From sequence record SRR22947727_1191: DNA of 38,498 nt, one strand, 5' to 3'. The position numbers and the translations under genes were made by a program. This document shows, in pieces, positions 24,870-34,686 of the stretch (the first letter of the stretch is position 1; each line of letters starts with the position of its first letter). The notes beneath the pieces are model-generated. The model saw nothing but the letters and a program-made list of their open reading frames with translations, was not told the DNA's origin and ran no database searches.

Positions 24870-27800
24870 ATGGCCATTACACTTAACAAAACTCTGTTTC
24901 CACAGCGCTATCGTGATGATTTTGCCGACAGCGATGGCTATTATCGTATTCTATTCAATAGTGGTAGAGCGCTTCAAGCTCGTGAATTAACACAGCTACA
25001 AACTATAATTCAAAACCAGATCAAAAGGTTTGGCGATAATATCTTTAAAGAAGGTGGTGTAGTTAAGCCTGGTGCTTCTGTATTGAATAACGCGTATGAG
25101 TATATTAAGCTTAATGTTACTACTTACAATCTTCCTTCAACATATAATTCTCTAATTGGTACAACTTTCACCGGTAATACCTCAGGTGTTCAAGCTAAAG
25201 TATTAGAAGTAATTCCTTCTGATGGTGTTGATCCTTCTACTCTATATGTTCAGTATCTTAATGGTCCAGCAGCAGTAGCAGGAGCTACTACTGTTAGAAT
25301 GAGTCCTACAGAAACTATGACAAATGGAACTGTTACTTTAGAAGTACAGACTACAAACACTCCTGCTAATCCAGCTACTGGTAGAGGTATTCGTTTATCT
25401 ATCGATACCGGTGTTTACTATGCGCAAGGTTTCTTTGTCTACACTGAAAAGCAATCTCTACTTATTTCTAAATATTCTGATAGCATCAATGAAGTTGTAG
25501 GCTACAAAATCACAGAGCAGACTATCAACGTAGATGACGATGGTGGTCTATATGATAACCAAGGGTTACTTCCTAATATCTCAGCACCTGGTGCTGACAG
25601 ATATAGAATTACTTTAGAGCTCGCAAAGCAAAGTGAAATTACATCAACTGATAATTTTATTCCAGTAGTAACTATCAAGAATGGCGTAGCATTTAAAGTT
25701 GTAGATACAAATTCATCTTACAATAAAATTAATGATCTGATTGCACAAAGAATTCATGAGAATTCTGGTAACTATATCGTCAATCCATTTAAAATCAGCT
25801 TTAATGAAGACTCTGCCGCTACTCATTTGCAGATGAGAGTAAGTGATGGTGTGGCTGTCATGGATGGTTATCGAGTTTCGAGAAACGTTCCTGTTACTCA
25901 GCGCATAATTAAGCCTATTACAGATTTTGAATTTAATAATCAGAAAACATCAGCAACATACGGTAACTACGTTGAAGTAGATGCATCTACTCCAGCTAAT
26001 ATGACAAGAATGCCAAATATTAACTCATTTGAGACATTAAATATTAGAACTTCTACGGGATATGGTGGATCTACTATTGGTACATGTAAACTAAGAGCAG
26101 TCTCCGAAGATGCTGGAAATCTATATAGATTCTACATTTTTGATATTCAGATGAATGCAGGTAGAAGCTTTAGAGAAGCAGTAAGCATTGGCACATCTGC
26201 AACAGTTTACTTTAATGTTTATAGACCTCTTTCAGTTGCTGAGCTAAAAGACGTTACTAAAAATACACTTCTATTCCCTATTCCAAAGAATAGACCTAAG
26301 TCAATCAGTGATATTGATTTAACAGTACAAAGAAAATTTACTATTACTTCAAGTGGTTCTGGTACATCTTCTATCTCAGTTTCAGCTACAGGTGAAACCT
26401 TTGATAATGTAAATGACTGGGTGTTTGCGGATTCCACTGGTTTCTTAAGTAGTGTATCCACTAGCGGTGCTGGAACAAATGGTGCTACATTCTCAGGTCT
26501 GCCTATATCATCTGCTACAAATGGAATTGATGTTCTTGCTTACGTTAATAAGTCACAAGGCACTGTAAGAACTAAGACAGCACAAGAAGATACAGCTACA
26601 ATTACTCCAGCAGCAGATGGATCTCTAGATCTTGGATATGCTGATGCTTATGAAATTATAAGAGTTAGAGACCAAGATTCTGATGGTGTAAATTTAAGAA
26701 ATAACTATGTTTTTGATGATGGCCAAAGAGATAATTTCTATGATAGGTCAAAGCTTCTATTAAAAACTGGATCTGCAGCTCCAGCTAGTGGTCAAGTTTT
26801 TGTAAGGTTCAAGTATTTTGAGCATGGTGCCGGCACTAATGGTGATTTCTTTGCCGTTAACTCTTACTCTGGTCAAATAGATTATAAAAACATTCCTGCA
26901 TATAGAACAGCGTCTGGTATTAACTATAATCTAAGAGAAGTTCTTGATTTTAGATCAGTAAAAGATGGTTCTGGTAATTTTGCTAATGCAGTTACTGGAG
27001 CTAGAGTACATGAGCTGCCTCAGGTAAATGACTTAATATCATCTGATATTACTGCGTATCAGCGCAGAAGAAACATTCTTACAATTGACAGAGATGGGGT
27101 CCTCTCTTTAGGAAATGGCCGATCTGGTGATTCTCCTCCTGCTCCAGATACTCCAGCAGGAACACTACCAATTTATGATATTGTGTTCGGAGGTAATACT
27201 CTTGATGAAAATGATCTAAAGGTCATTAAGATTGAACATAAAAGATATACTATGAAAGATATTGGTAGAATTGAAGACCGTATCGATAAACTTGAAGATC
27301 TTACCGCTTTAAGCTTATTAGAAATTGATACTAAAAACTTTAAAGTGTTAGACTCTGCAGGAAATGACAGAACTAAATCTGGCTTCTTTGTGGACAATTT
27401 TACTACTCAATTGTATTCTGATGTTAGACAAACAGCTTATAGAGCTTCAATTGACCCGATGGAAGGATATGTCAGACCTACATTTGTAGAAAATAACATT
27501 AGATTGATATATGATTCTGATCTTTCTTCTAATGTTGTAAAGAAAGGCGACAATATTTACCTGAAACACACTGAAGTTGTATATCAAAATCAGTCATATG
27601 CATCTCAATCTATTAGAGTTAATCCATTTGATGCAGTCTTGTATGAAGGACATGTTGACCTTTCTCCTGCATCTGATGAATGGAGAGAAACTAAAGTTAG
27701 AACTAAGAAGATTATCGATGGTGGCTCTAAACTTGATACAAGTCAAGCGACATTGTGGAATAACTGGCAGTGGAATTGGGGTGGCACAAAAATAAATGAT

Positions 27801-28517
27801 CTAAAAGTAGGTGATCAAACCAATGTAAAATCTACAACTTCTGGCAATTATCTGAATAAAAAATATAATAAAATTGTTTCAGAAGAAACAATATTAGAAG
27901 TAATTGCAGAACGGGTTGTAAACGTAGCTTTGCTTCCTTTTGCTCGGTCTAGAAAAATATATTTTAAATCACAAGGTCTTAGACCTTCATCAAAGGTCTG
28001 GTTATTCTTTGATGGAATTAGAGTCGATGACTGGGTCAGAGAAGAAACTTTCCAATTCTGCTGCGACGATCCTAAGGAGTATGGAAATATTCATGACAGA
28101 GCTACTCAACACCCAGAAGGAGCTACTGTATTAGAAACTGATCAGTACGGTGCAATTGAAGGATCTTTCTTCTTGCCTAATACTAACAATATTAGATTTA
28201 GAACAGGAACAAATGAGTTTAAGATCTTAGATATTAGTGCGGATGATGAAACTGCTACTGGATCTATAGGAAGAACTACATTTATCTCTACTGGATATTT
28301 AGATACAATTGACCAAGATATTCTTTCTACAAGATTGCTTACAGTCAAAGGACAAAGTTCTAGCCAATACATCCCTCCTTCATCAGATGGTTGGGGTGGC
28401 GGTGACGGCGGTGACGGCCATCATACTAACAACAGTAGTGCAAATTCATGTCCGGCGCCGGACGACGGAAGCCTTGGCGGGTTAGCTGATGCAGGATTCG
28501 GCGGCGGTTGGGTATAA
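24870..28517 (+). CDS. Large virion structural protein, DUF4815/VrlC-like (N-terminal part)
   Basis: Y.DDF.....YYRILF..GRALQARELTQLQT, APGADRY, RYTMKDIGRIE.RI..LE, K.GFFVDNF, L.PASD.W. Confidence 0.88.
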   Translation: MAITLNKTLFPQRYRDDFADSDGYYRILFNSGRALQARELTQLQTIIQNQIKRFGDNIFKEGGVVKPGASVLNNAYEYIKLNVTTYNLPSTYNSLIGTTFTGNTSGVQAKVLEVIPSDGVDPSTLYVQYLNGPAAVAGATTVRMSPTETMTNGTVTLEVQTTNTPANPATGRGIRLSIDTGVYYAQGFFVYTEKQSLLISKYSDSINEVVGYKITEQTINVDDDGGLYDNQGLLPNISAPGADRYRITLELAKQSEITSTDNFIPVVTIKNGVAFKVVDTNSSYNKINDLIAQRIHENSGNYIVNPFKISFNEDSAATHLQMRVSDGVAVMDGYRVSRNVPVTQRIIKPITDFEFNNQKTSATYGNYVEVDASTPANMTRMPNINSFETLNIRTSTGYGGSTIGTCKLRAVSEDAGNLYRFYIFDIQMNAGRSFREAVSIGTSATVYFNVYRPLSVAELKDVTKNTLLFPIPKNRPKSISDIDLTVQRKFTITSSGSGTSSISVSATGETFDNVNDWVFADSTGFLSSVSTSGAGTNGATFSGLPISSATNGIDVLAYVNKSQGTVRTKTAQEDTATITPAADGSLDLGYADAYEIIRVRDQDSDGVNLRNNYVFDDGQRDNFYDRSKLLLKTGSAAPASGQVFVRFKYFEHGAGTNGDFFAVNSYSGQIDYKNIPAYRTASGINYNLREVLDFRSVKDGSGNFANAVTGARVHELPQVNDLISSDITAYQRRRNILTIDRDGVLSLGNGRSGDSPPAPDTPAGTLPIYDIVFGGNTLDENDLKVIKIEHKRYTMKDIGRIEDRIDKLEDLTALSLLEIDTKNFKVLDSAGNDRTKSGFFVDNFTTQLYSDVRQTAYRASIDPMEGYVRPTFVENNIRLIYDSDLSSNVVKKGDNIYLKHTEVVYQNQSYASQSIRVNPFDAVLYEGHVDLSPASDEWRETKVRTKKIIDGGSKLDTSQATLWNNWQWNWGGTKINDLKVGDQTNVKSTTSGNYLNKKYNKIVSEETILEVIAERVVNVALLPFARSRKIYFKSQGLRPSSKVWLFFDGIRVDDWVREETFQFCCDDPKEYGNIHDRATQHPEGATVLETDQYGAIEGSFFLPNTNNIRFRTGTNEFKILDISADDETATGSIGRTTFISTGYLDTIDQDILSTRLLTVKGQSSSQYIPPSSDGWGGGDGGDGHHTNNSSANSCPAPDDGSLGGLADAGFGGGWV

Positions 28518-28529
28518 GGAGTAAAGTGA

Positions 28530-30098
28530 GTGTCTCAAAATAGTTTAGGTTATCAAAATAATTCTCATCCTTTAGCGCAGTCAATCTTTATTGATGATCC
28601 GAATGGCCTCTTTTTGACTAAAATCGACTTGTATTTTAGATCAAAAGATGCTACTCTTCCAGTTCAAGTTCATCTAAGACCTATGGTAAACGGATTTCCT
28701 TCAAATGATGTAATCGTTCCCCAGTCTACAGTGTTTGTCAATGGGCCTGATATTAATGTTTCTGATGATGCATCTGCTGAAACAGCATTTAAATTCCAAG
28801 AGCCGGTTTATCTAAAAGGATTTGTTGACTACGCTATTGTAGTGCAGTGTCAAACTTCTGATACTCAGATCTACATTGCACAAGTAGATGAGTACGTTTT
28901 AGGAACTACAGCAGCTCGAGTTAATAAGAATCCAGCTGTTGGTACTATTTTCTACTCTCAAAATGGAGCCACTTGGACACCTGCACAGAATCAGGATTTA
29001 AAATTTAGACTTCACAAAATGTCGATGACATCTACATCTGGATCGATTTATCTTAAAGCTGCTTCTTTGCCTGAAAGATTACTTCCTATAGATCCTATCT
29101 TTACAACTAATGGCTCTTCATCCGTTAGAGTTTCAGCAGAACAGGCAGGTCTTATTGTAAACGACCAAGTCACTATACGAGGTATTAATGCTGCTGTTGG
29201 TGGTATTGCCGCCTCAGCATTGAATGGAACACAAACCGTTACTGCAGTTGATTGGACAGGTTATACATTTAATGCTGCGTCTTCAGCTACATCTAATGAT
29301 CAAGGCGGTGGTGAAGGGGTATACTCCTCTCAAAATTATCCGTTCTCACACTTCTACTCTAATATTCAAATGCTGCAGCCAGTAGGAACTACATTCAGCA
29401 ATAATATTAGAACATCTCTTAGTAAGTCATATGCTGGAACTGAAACCGCATATGGTAAAGAAGTCGACTTTACTGGTACAGTGCACGGAGAAACTCAGTT
29501 CTTTACAACTGCTAGAGTTGCGATGAATGACAGCATCGGTGAAGCGAATCATGGAATCAACTTTAGCACACTAGATTACAAACTTGATATTTCGACTACT
29601 GACTCTCAAGTTACACCAATGCTCGATCTACAAAGAGCATCAATCAATCTTATTGACAATATTATCGATAAACAGGATTCTGCTTCAACAAATGGATTCA
29701 ATGTTCCTCTTAATTTTGTCAATGAAACTGATCCAAAAGATGGAAGTTCTGCAGCAAAGCACTTAACTACACCGATCACTCTCTTAGAAGATGCAGTAGG
29801 TCTTAAGATTCAACTTGCAGCTAATAGACCTTCTGGCACAGATTTCCAAGTCTACTATAGAACTTCAGAAGATGGTGTAGATATTAGAAATGTAGATTAC
29901 AAAGAAGTTACTGAAATAAGCAATAACGGTACAGATGATAACATTCTAATCTATAGAGAATATGAATACCTTGCGGGAGGTCCAGGTGGAGATCTTAATG
30001 CATTCACTACTTTCCAAATTAAAATAGTGTTTAGGTCAACAAATTCTGCACTGGTACCTCGTATTAAAGATTTAAGAGTTATAGCATTGAGCGTATAA
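28530..30098 (+). CDS. Virion structural protein, DUF4815/VrlC-like C-terminal part
   Basis: GTG start with RBS AAGGAG; PLAQS.F, G.FLT.IDLYF..KD...PV, F.SQNG.TW...Q.QDLKF, F..FQIKIV......A.VPRIKDLRVIAL. Confidence 0.85.
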   Translation: MSQNSLGYQNNSHPLAQSIFIDDPNGLFLTKIDLYFRSKDATLPVQVHLRPMVNGFPSNDVIVPQSTVFVNGPDINVSDDASAETAFKFQEPVYLKGFVDYAIVVQCQTSDTQIYIAQVDEYVLGTTAARVNKNPAVGTIFYSQNGATWTPAQNQDLKFRLHKMSMTSTSGSIYLKAASLPERLLPIDPIFTTNGSSSVRVSAEQAGLIVNDQVTIRGINAAVGGIAASALNGTQTVTAVDWTGYTFNAASSATSNDQGGGEGVYSSQNYPFSHFYSNIQMLQPVGTTFSNNIRTSLSKSYAGTETAYGKEVDFTGTVHGETQFFTTARVAMNDSIGEANHGINFSTLDYKLDISTTDSQVTPMLDLQRASINLIDNIIDKQDSASTNGFNVPLNFVNETDPKDGSSAAKHLTTPITLLEDAVGLKIQLAANRPSGTDFQVYYRTSEDGVDIRNVDYKEVTEISNNGTDDNILIYREYEYLAGGPGGDLNAFTTFQIKIVFRSTNSALVPRIKDLRVIALSV

Positions 30099-30325
30099 TG
30101 AGAGACAGACTTATCCGAGTAGAAAATGAGCCAGGCCTAGCTAGAGATGAAAACACAGGAGCAATTGTCAATACAAATGTATCTGAGATAGCAGCTGCTC
30201 GTCAAAGAAAAGCTCGTCAAAAACAAGAACGAGAAGAGCTAGAAATGTTGAAGAGCGATGTCAATGAAATCAAGTCTATTCTTAATGTCATAGTGGATAA
30301 GTTAAATGCCTCGGATAGAAGATAG
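30098..30325 (+). CDS. Small coiled-coil protein following DUF4815 gene
   Basis: VE..PGL.RD..TGAIVN.N followed by heptads LKSDVNEIKSIL. Confidence 0.8.
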   Translation: MRDRLIRVENEPGLARDENTGAIVNTNVSEIAAARQRKARQKQEREELEMLKSDVNEIKSILNVIVDKLNASDRR

Positions 30326-31037
30326 TTTACAAATATATGACACTCTTAACGAATGGTTGCGTGCAATTAACACACAATCTGAGTATATGGGTGATCTCGA
30401 TAGCATTTCCACTGTCAGTCAGTATAGAGGGCTTCCTACTCTTGTTCATGATGGACAAGACTCAAACTTTGTAGCTGCTCTTAACTGGCTTCATGAACAA
30501 AATGACAGCATTTCAGGTCTCCTATTTGGAGGAAACGTAGGCGGTGTTGTAACAGTAAACGAGGTCAGCACTCTACGAGTAGTAGCACCTGAAATTACAA
30601 ACGCTGGGTTTTTAAGAGCAGATAGTGCTGATATTGACAGTGCTACTATTACGTATTTGTGGGGAGATGATTCTACAGTACGCAGTTATTTGCATTATGA
30701 TAGTGGTGAATTCCACAGTTTAAGAGTTGACAGCGGAATCACTGCATCTACAATTGATTTTGACAGTGGCCACATCGATAGCATCTCAGGCCTCTGGTTT
30801 AATTATACATCTACAAGATCTCAACAACTGTATGCAGACAGTGCACATATTCCAAATCATGATACATTTGAAACAGTGTGGATGAATGACTCTATGAGAA
30901 TTGATAATTTAGTAATATCAAGAGGAGATTCTGCAATACTTAGCCATGCTAAGGAATTTAGACTCATTGATGTTGCTGGCAATACGTTGAAGGCTGGTTA
31001 TATATTCTCCACTGACAGTGCACCTAATGTACCTTAG
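30306..31037 (+). CDS. Asp-Ser-rich fibre-like structural protein (paralog A)
   Basis: GDLD..., S.FVAALN.L fibre N-terminal motif; 15 DS in 243 aa; clearly similar to the next gene. Confidence 0.7.
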   Translation: MPRIEDSLQIYDTLNEWLRAINTQSEYMGDLDSISTVSQYRGLPTLVHDGQDSNFVAALNWLHEQNDSISGLLFGGNVGGVVTVNEVSTLRVVAPEITNAGFLRADSADIDSATITYLWGDDSTVRSYLHYDSGEFHSLRVDSGITASTIDFDSGHIDSISGLWFNYTSTRSQQLYADSAHIPNHDTFETVWMNDSMRIDNLVISRGDSAILSHAKEFRLIDVAGNTLKAGYIFSTDSAPNVP

Positions 31038-31039
31038 GT

Positions 31040-31047
31040 TATAAATA
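31040..31047 (+). promoter_or_regulatory. Late promoter
   Basis: Exact intergenic TATAAATA. Confidence 0.8.
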
Positions 31048-31067
31048 GGATAAAAGGCTAGGAAGAT

Positions 31068-31736
31068 ATGGGTCGCAAAATAAGAATCAATACCTATAAT
31101 AGCATAGGAACATGGGTTGCTAAAAACAACCTTATGGCTGGCTATGTCGGTGATCTAGACAGCTTAGATCCACATTTTGCTTTATCGGATGATGATTCAA
31201 GCATTGTAAGTGCAATCAATCACTTGCATGATGAGATCGATAGTGTTAATAATCTTTTATTTAATCCTGGCGGAACTCTTTCAATTGACCAGTTAAACAC
31301 TCGAGTTCTTACTGTAACAGATTCTCTTAACACTGGTTATTTAAGAGCTGATAGTGCACATATCGACAGTGCATTTATTAAAAATATCAGTGGTAGTTTC
31401 TTACATTATGATAGTGGTGAATTCCATAGACTTAGAATTGACGATAGCCTTTCAGGTGGATTTATCAATGCAGATAGCGGACGAATAGATAGTATCTCCG
31501 GCATATTTGCTAACTATAGTACTATTAAAACCTCAAATCTTCTTGTAGATAGTGCAGATATTACGGTGCTTAGTACAAGCGTATTTACAGCGAATACATT
31601 TAATATGCAAGGTGTGTTGAATATAGATAGTGTAGGTATTAGAGCCGCAAAAGAATTTACGATTCAAGATGTAAATGGCACAATCGTATTTGGAGGATAT
31701 TTGCTATCTACAACAGATAGTGTGGGTGTAGCATAA
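31068..31736 (+). CDS. Asp-Ser-rich fibre-like structural protein (paralog B)
   Basis: VGDLDSL...SIVSAIN.L; 13 DS in 222 aa; shares LHYDSGEFH.LR.D and IDSISG with paralog A. Confidence 0.7.
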   Translation: MGRKIRINTYNSIGTWVAKNNLMAGYVGDLDSLDPHFALSDDDSSIVSAINHLHDEIDSVNNLLFNPGGTLSIDQLNTRVLTVTDSLNTGYLRADSAHIDSAFIKNISGSFLHYDSGEFHRLRIDDSLSGGFINADSGRIDSISGIFANYSTIKTSNLLVDSADITVLSTSVFTANTFNMQGVLNIDSVGIRAAKEFTIQDVNGTIVFGGYLLSTTDSVGVA

Positions 31737-31745
31737 GGATTTATT

Positions 31746-32804
31746 ATGGCAATTAGTAGACCATTAAGAATGAAGCCTGACGGCTCATTAATCGAAATGT
31801 CCGATGCCGACATGGCATGGATGAGATGGCTTATCAGAACAAGATTTGCTCAATCGGAACAGCCTGGTTGGCTTCGCATTAACTCAGCTCCAAGTGGCTG
31901 GGTTTCAATTGGAGCTGGTACAGATACACGTAGATCAGTAGGACGTACACAGCTTGATGGAGCTGGTGATCAGGCTGGTGACGGTATTAGATTTAGTAGT
32001 TTTTCTGGTCCTGGAAATAAAACTCAAGCCACATATACATTCTATCAGAATAGAAATGATGGAAATGTAATACCAGCTAATCTTATTCGAAATGCCGGTC
32101 CACTCATAGGAAAAAGCAGCGGCTATCAAGACCTTATTCCTCTTGGTTATAACGGTAAAACTGACATTGATGAAACTGTCCTTGAGCCAGTGATTGATGA
32201 AATTGAGAATGGCGGTAACGGCATATTTTATTTAGGTACGACCGTTCCAAGTGGATACAGCGCTACAGGTTGGTCTATGACAGATACAACTGCTATACCA
32301 AATAGCACTTCAACAGGTGCACAAAATGATGGTACTTATCAACTGTCAATTAGAACAGGAGAGACAGCTCCTTCTCTTGTGTACAGGCCTGTAAGAATTG
32401 ACGGTCCTTATCGTGAAGGACAAGATTCTGATTACGCTCTTGATAGTGATTTAGCAGGCTTTGCAGGAGATGCTATAAGAGGCGCAGTGTACACTCCATC
32501 AGGTCAGAGAGCAGGTTCAAGCATCGGTCCTCGTTGGGGTGCTGGAATTGTAGAAATGACTGATGATGAGATAGCCGATTTCTTCCTTCCATACTTACAT
32601 AATAGAATAGGTGAAGGATCACGTCTTATCTATCAGTTTAATACCAATAATAACCACATTAATACTGGATCTTATATTGACCATAAATACACTGGTACGT
32701 CTAACGCTGGTGGAGCATCAGGTGGTCTGTACATTAAGAACATTGCTAATAGGCAAGTAATTAACACATACTATTTAAAATTAATTGATGCCGCTACGGT
32801 ATAG
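31746..32804 (+). CDS. Putative virion structural protein
   Basis: 352 aa, G/S/T-rich; the RP......L.EM.D motif occurs twice (N-terminus and near aa 215-275); within the late operon. Confidence 0.6.
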   Translation: MAISRPLRMKPDGSLIEMSDADMAWMRWLIRTRFAQSEQPGWLRINSAPSGWVSIGAGTDTRRSVGRTQLDGAGDQAGDGIRFSSFSGPGNKTQATYTFYQNRNDGNVIPANLIRNAGPLIGKSSGYQDLIPLGYNGKTDIDETVLEPVIDEIENGGNGIFYLGTTVPSGYSATGWSMTDTTAIPNSTSTGAQNDGTYQLSIRTGETAPSLVYRPVRIDGPYREGQDSDYALDSDLAGFAGDAIRGAVYTPSGQRAGSSIGPRWGAGIVEMTDDEIADFFLPYLHNRIGEGSRLIYQFNTNNNHINTGSYIDHKYTGTSNAGGASGGLYIKNIANRQVINTYYLKLIDAATV

Positions 32805-32812
32805 GAGTAATT

Positions 32813-33283
32813 ATGAAATTGAACACAATTTATGATGAATCAAGTGCAGTATTCATCGATGAAAAAAAGACTACGATACGAGTTAATGCTATTGAGAAAA
32901 ACTTAAAAGGCGAATCAACTTTCGAAAGAATTATCGTAGTATCCCCTACACCAGTATTTGAAGAGTTTCAAAAGCAAGTATCTCTCGAACTTGTAGAAGA
33001 AAACACTAATAACTGGCTTAACTCAATCAAGGCTGAGCAAGATGAGTACTCAAAAATTCTTATCAAAAAAGTTAAGGAGGAGATCGGAGTTCAAGATGTT
33101 TCGTCGACGTTTAACCCAGCGACACTTACTCCGGAAGACATCTTTAAAATTAAGCTCCAAGCTTTTGAGATCGAGGAAGTTAAGAACTCTAAAAATCGTG
33201 AACTCAAGGCTAGGATTCGTAAAGCTGGAACCTTCATGGAAGTTTTGGCGTATACTTCGGCGTTAGTAAACTCTGAACTTTAA
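32813..33283 (+). CDS. Hypothetical protein linking fibre genes and enzyme cluster
   Basis: RBS AGGAG; F..KL.AFEIEEVK.SKNRELK.RIRKA motif; TAATG coupling to the radical SAM gene. Confidence 0.75.
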   Translation: MKLNTIYDESSAVFIDEKKTTIRVNAIEKNLKGESTFERIIVVSPTPVFEEFQKQVSLELVEENTNNWLNSIKAEQDEYSKILIKKVKEEIGVQDVSSTFNPATLTPEDIFKIKLQAFEIEEVKNSKNRELKARIRKAGTFMEVLAYTSALVNSEL

Positions 33284-34686
33284 TGTCATATCCTAGCAAG
33301 ACGTTTTGCGCCTTGCCTTGGATGCATATATCTACTAGGCCAAACGGCCATATGAGAGTATGCTGCACTGCCAATGCATCCGGTGTTCAGAACGCACAAT
33401 CCACAGATAAGACAGCAAGTGAAGCTGGAGTCCTTCGAAGAGACGATGGATTACCAGCTAATCTTGCTACGACTTCGCTAAAAGAAGCATGGAATAACTC
33501 TTACATGCGTGAAACACGTAAGGCGATGATGTCAGGAAAGCAGCCTGTTTCATGCCTAAAATGTTTTAAAGAAGAAGAATCTGGCCATAGATCTAAAAGG
33601 CAGTGGGAAACAGATAAGTGGATAAGAGAGATAGGTATTGATGACATACTGCAAGGATATGATCATGACACCGGCGAAGTTCCTCCACGTATACGCTATG
33701 TAGATCTTAGACTTGGTAGTAAATGCCAACTAGCATGTATTATGTGTAGTCCTCATGACAGTTCAGGATGGATTAAAGAACATAAAGAAGTGTGGCCACA
33801 ATTAAAAAACAGTAAATTAAAACAGACAATGGAGTGGGAAAAGGACTCTGGAAAGCTTGCTTGGTCTGGTGGTTCTTATAACTGGCATAAGAATAATCCT
33901 ATGTTTATAGAAGAATTATATGAACAGATCCCTACACTTAAACAGCTTTACTTTGCTGGCGGAGAACCTTTGATACATGACGAACACTACATACTCCTCA
34001 AAAAGATTATTGCAGATGGTTTTGCCTCGCAAATCGAACTCAGATATAATTCCAATGGTATGGAATGGAAGCCAGAACTTTTCGACCTTTGGAATAATTT
34101 CAAACGAGTCATCTTCCACTTTAGTGTTGACGCTATGGAAGATAGACTCGAATATATCAGATACCCCGCTCAGTGGTCTCACATATCAGGACAAATTCGA
34201 AGTCTTGATGAATACCCTTATGCAAACCTCACACTTACAACAGCCTACACAGTCATGGCCCTCAACATCCACCACTTGCCAGACTTCATCAAGTGGAAAC
34301 TCAAGTCAGGATTCAAGCTCCTCAACACCTTTTCTCAGGCTGGTGGAATGATTGACTGCCATTTAGCATATTGGCCACCACAACTAAATGTAAAAGCACT
34401 GCCTGAGTGGTATAAAAATGAAGTAGAACAGGTCTATGAAGAGTTTTATGATTGGCTTGATGAAAACTGGAAACTCACTGGTGCACCATCATACGAAGAA
34501 TATGATAAACATCCATATGTAAAGGATAGACTAAGAGGCTTGATTAGTTTTATGAAATCTGAAGACTGGTCTGTTAGATTATATGAGACAGCAGAGTGGT
34601 GTTACACTATGGCAGAAAAAAGGAGCCAAAATTTTGACTCCATCTTTCCTGAACTTGATTGGCTTAAATGGTATACTCAACGATAG
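33283..34686 (+). CDS. Radical SAM protein with N-terminal twitch/SPASM-like domain
   Basis: CQLACIMC (CX3CX2C), FAGGEP, YNSNG; N-terminal C.LPW.H...VCC...C..C. Confidence 0.92.
   Translation: MSYPSKTFCALPWMHISTRPNGHMRVCCTANASGVQNAQSTDKTASEAGVLRRDDGLPANLATTSLKEAWNNSYMRETRKAMMSGKQPVSCLKCFKEEESGHRSKRQWETDKWIREIGIDDILQGYDHDTGEVPPRIRYVDLRLGSKCQLACIMCSPHDSSGWIKEHKEVWPQLKNSKLKQTMEWEKDSGKLAWSGGSYNWHKNNPMFIEELYEQIPTLKQLYFAGGEPLIHDEHYILLKKIIADGFASQIELRYNSNGMEWKPELFDLWNNFKRVIFHFSVDAMEDRLEYIRYPAQWSHISGQIRSLDEYPYANLTLTTAYTVMALNIHHLPDFIKWKLKSGFKLLNTFSQAGGMIDCHLAYWPPQLNVKALPEWYKNEVEQVYEEFYDWLDENWKLTGAPSYEEYDKHPYVKDRLRGLISFMKSEDWSVRLYETAEWCYTMAEKRSQNFDSIFPELDWLKWYTQR

Noticed and set aside
28515-28532. Stop-codon readthrough or recoding joining the two DUF4815 ORFs
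   Set aside because: There are two different in-frame stops (TAA, TGA) plus a good RBS and start, and other genes terminate normally under the standard code.
30306-31736. Paralog pair as a diversity-generating retroelement template/variable repeat
   Set aside because: No reverse transcriptase in the window; the identity is short and the differences are not adenine-specific.
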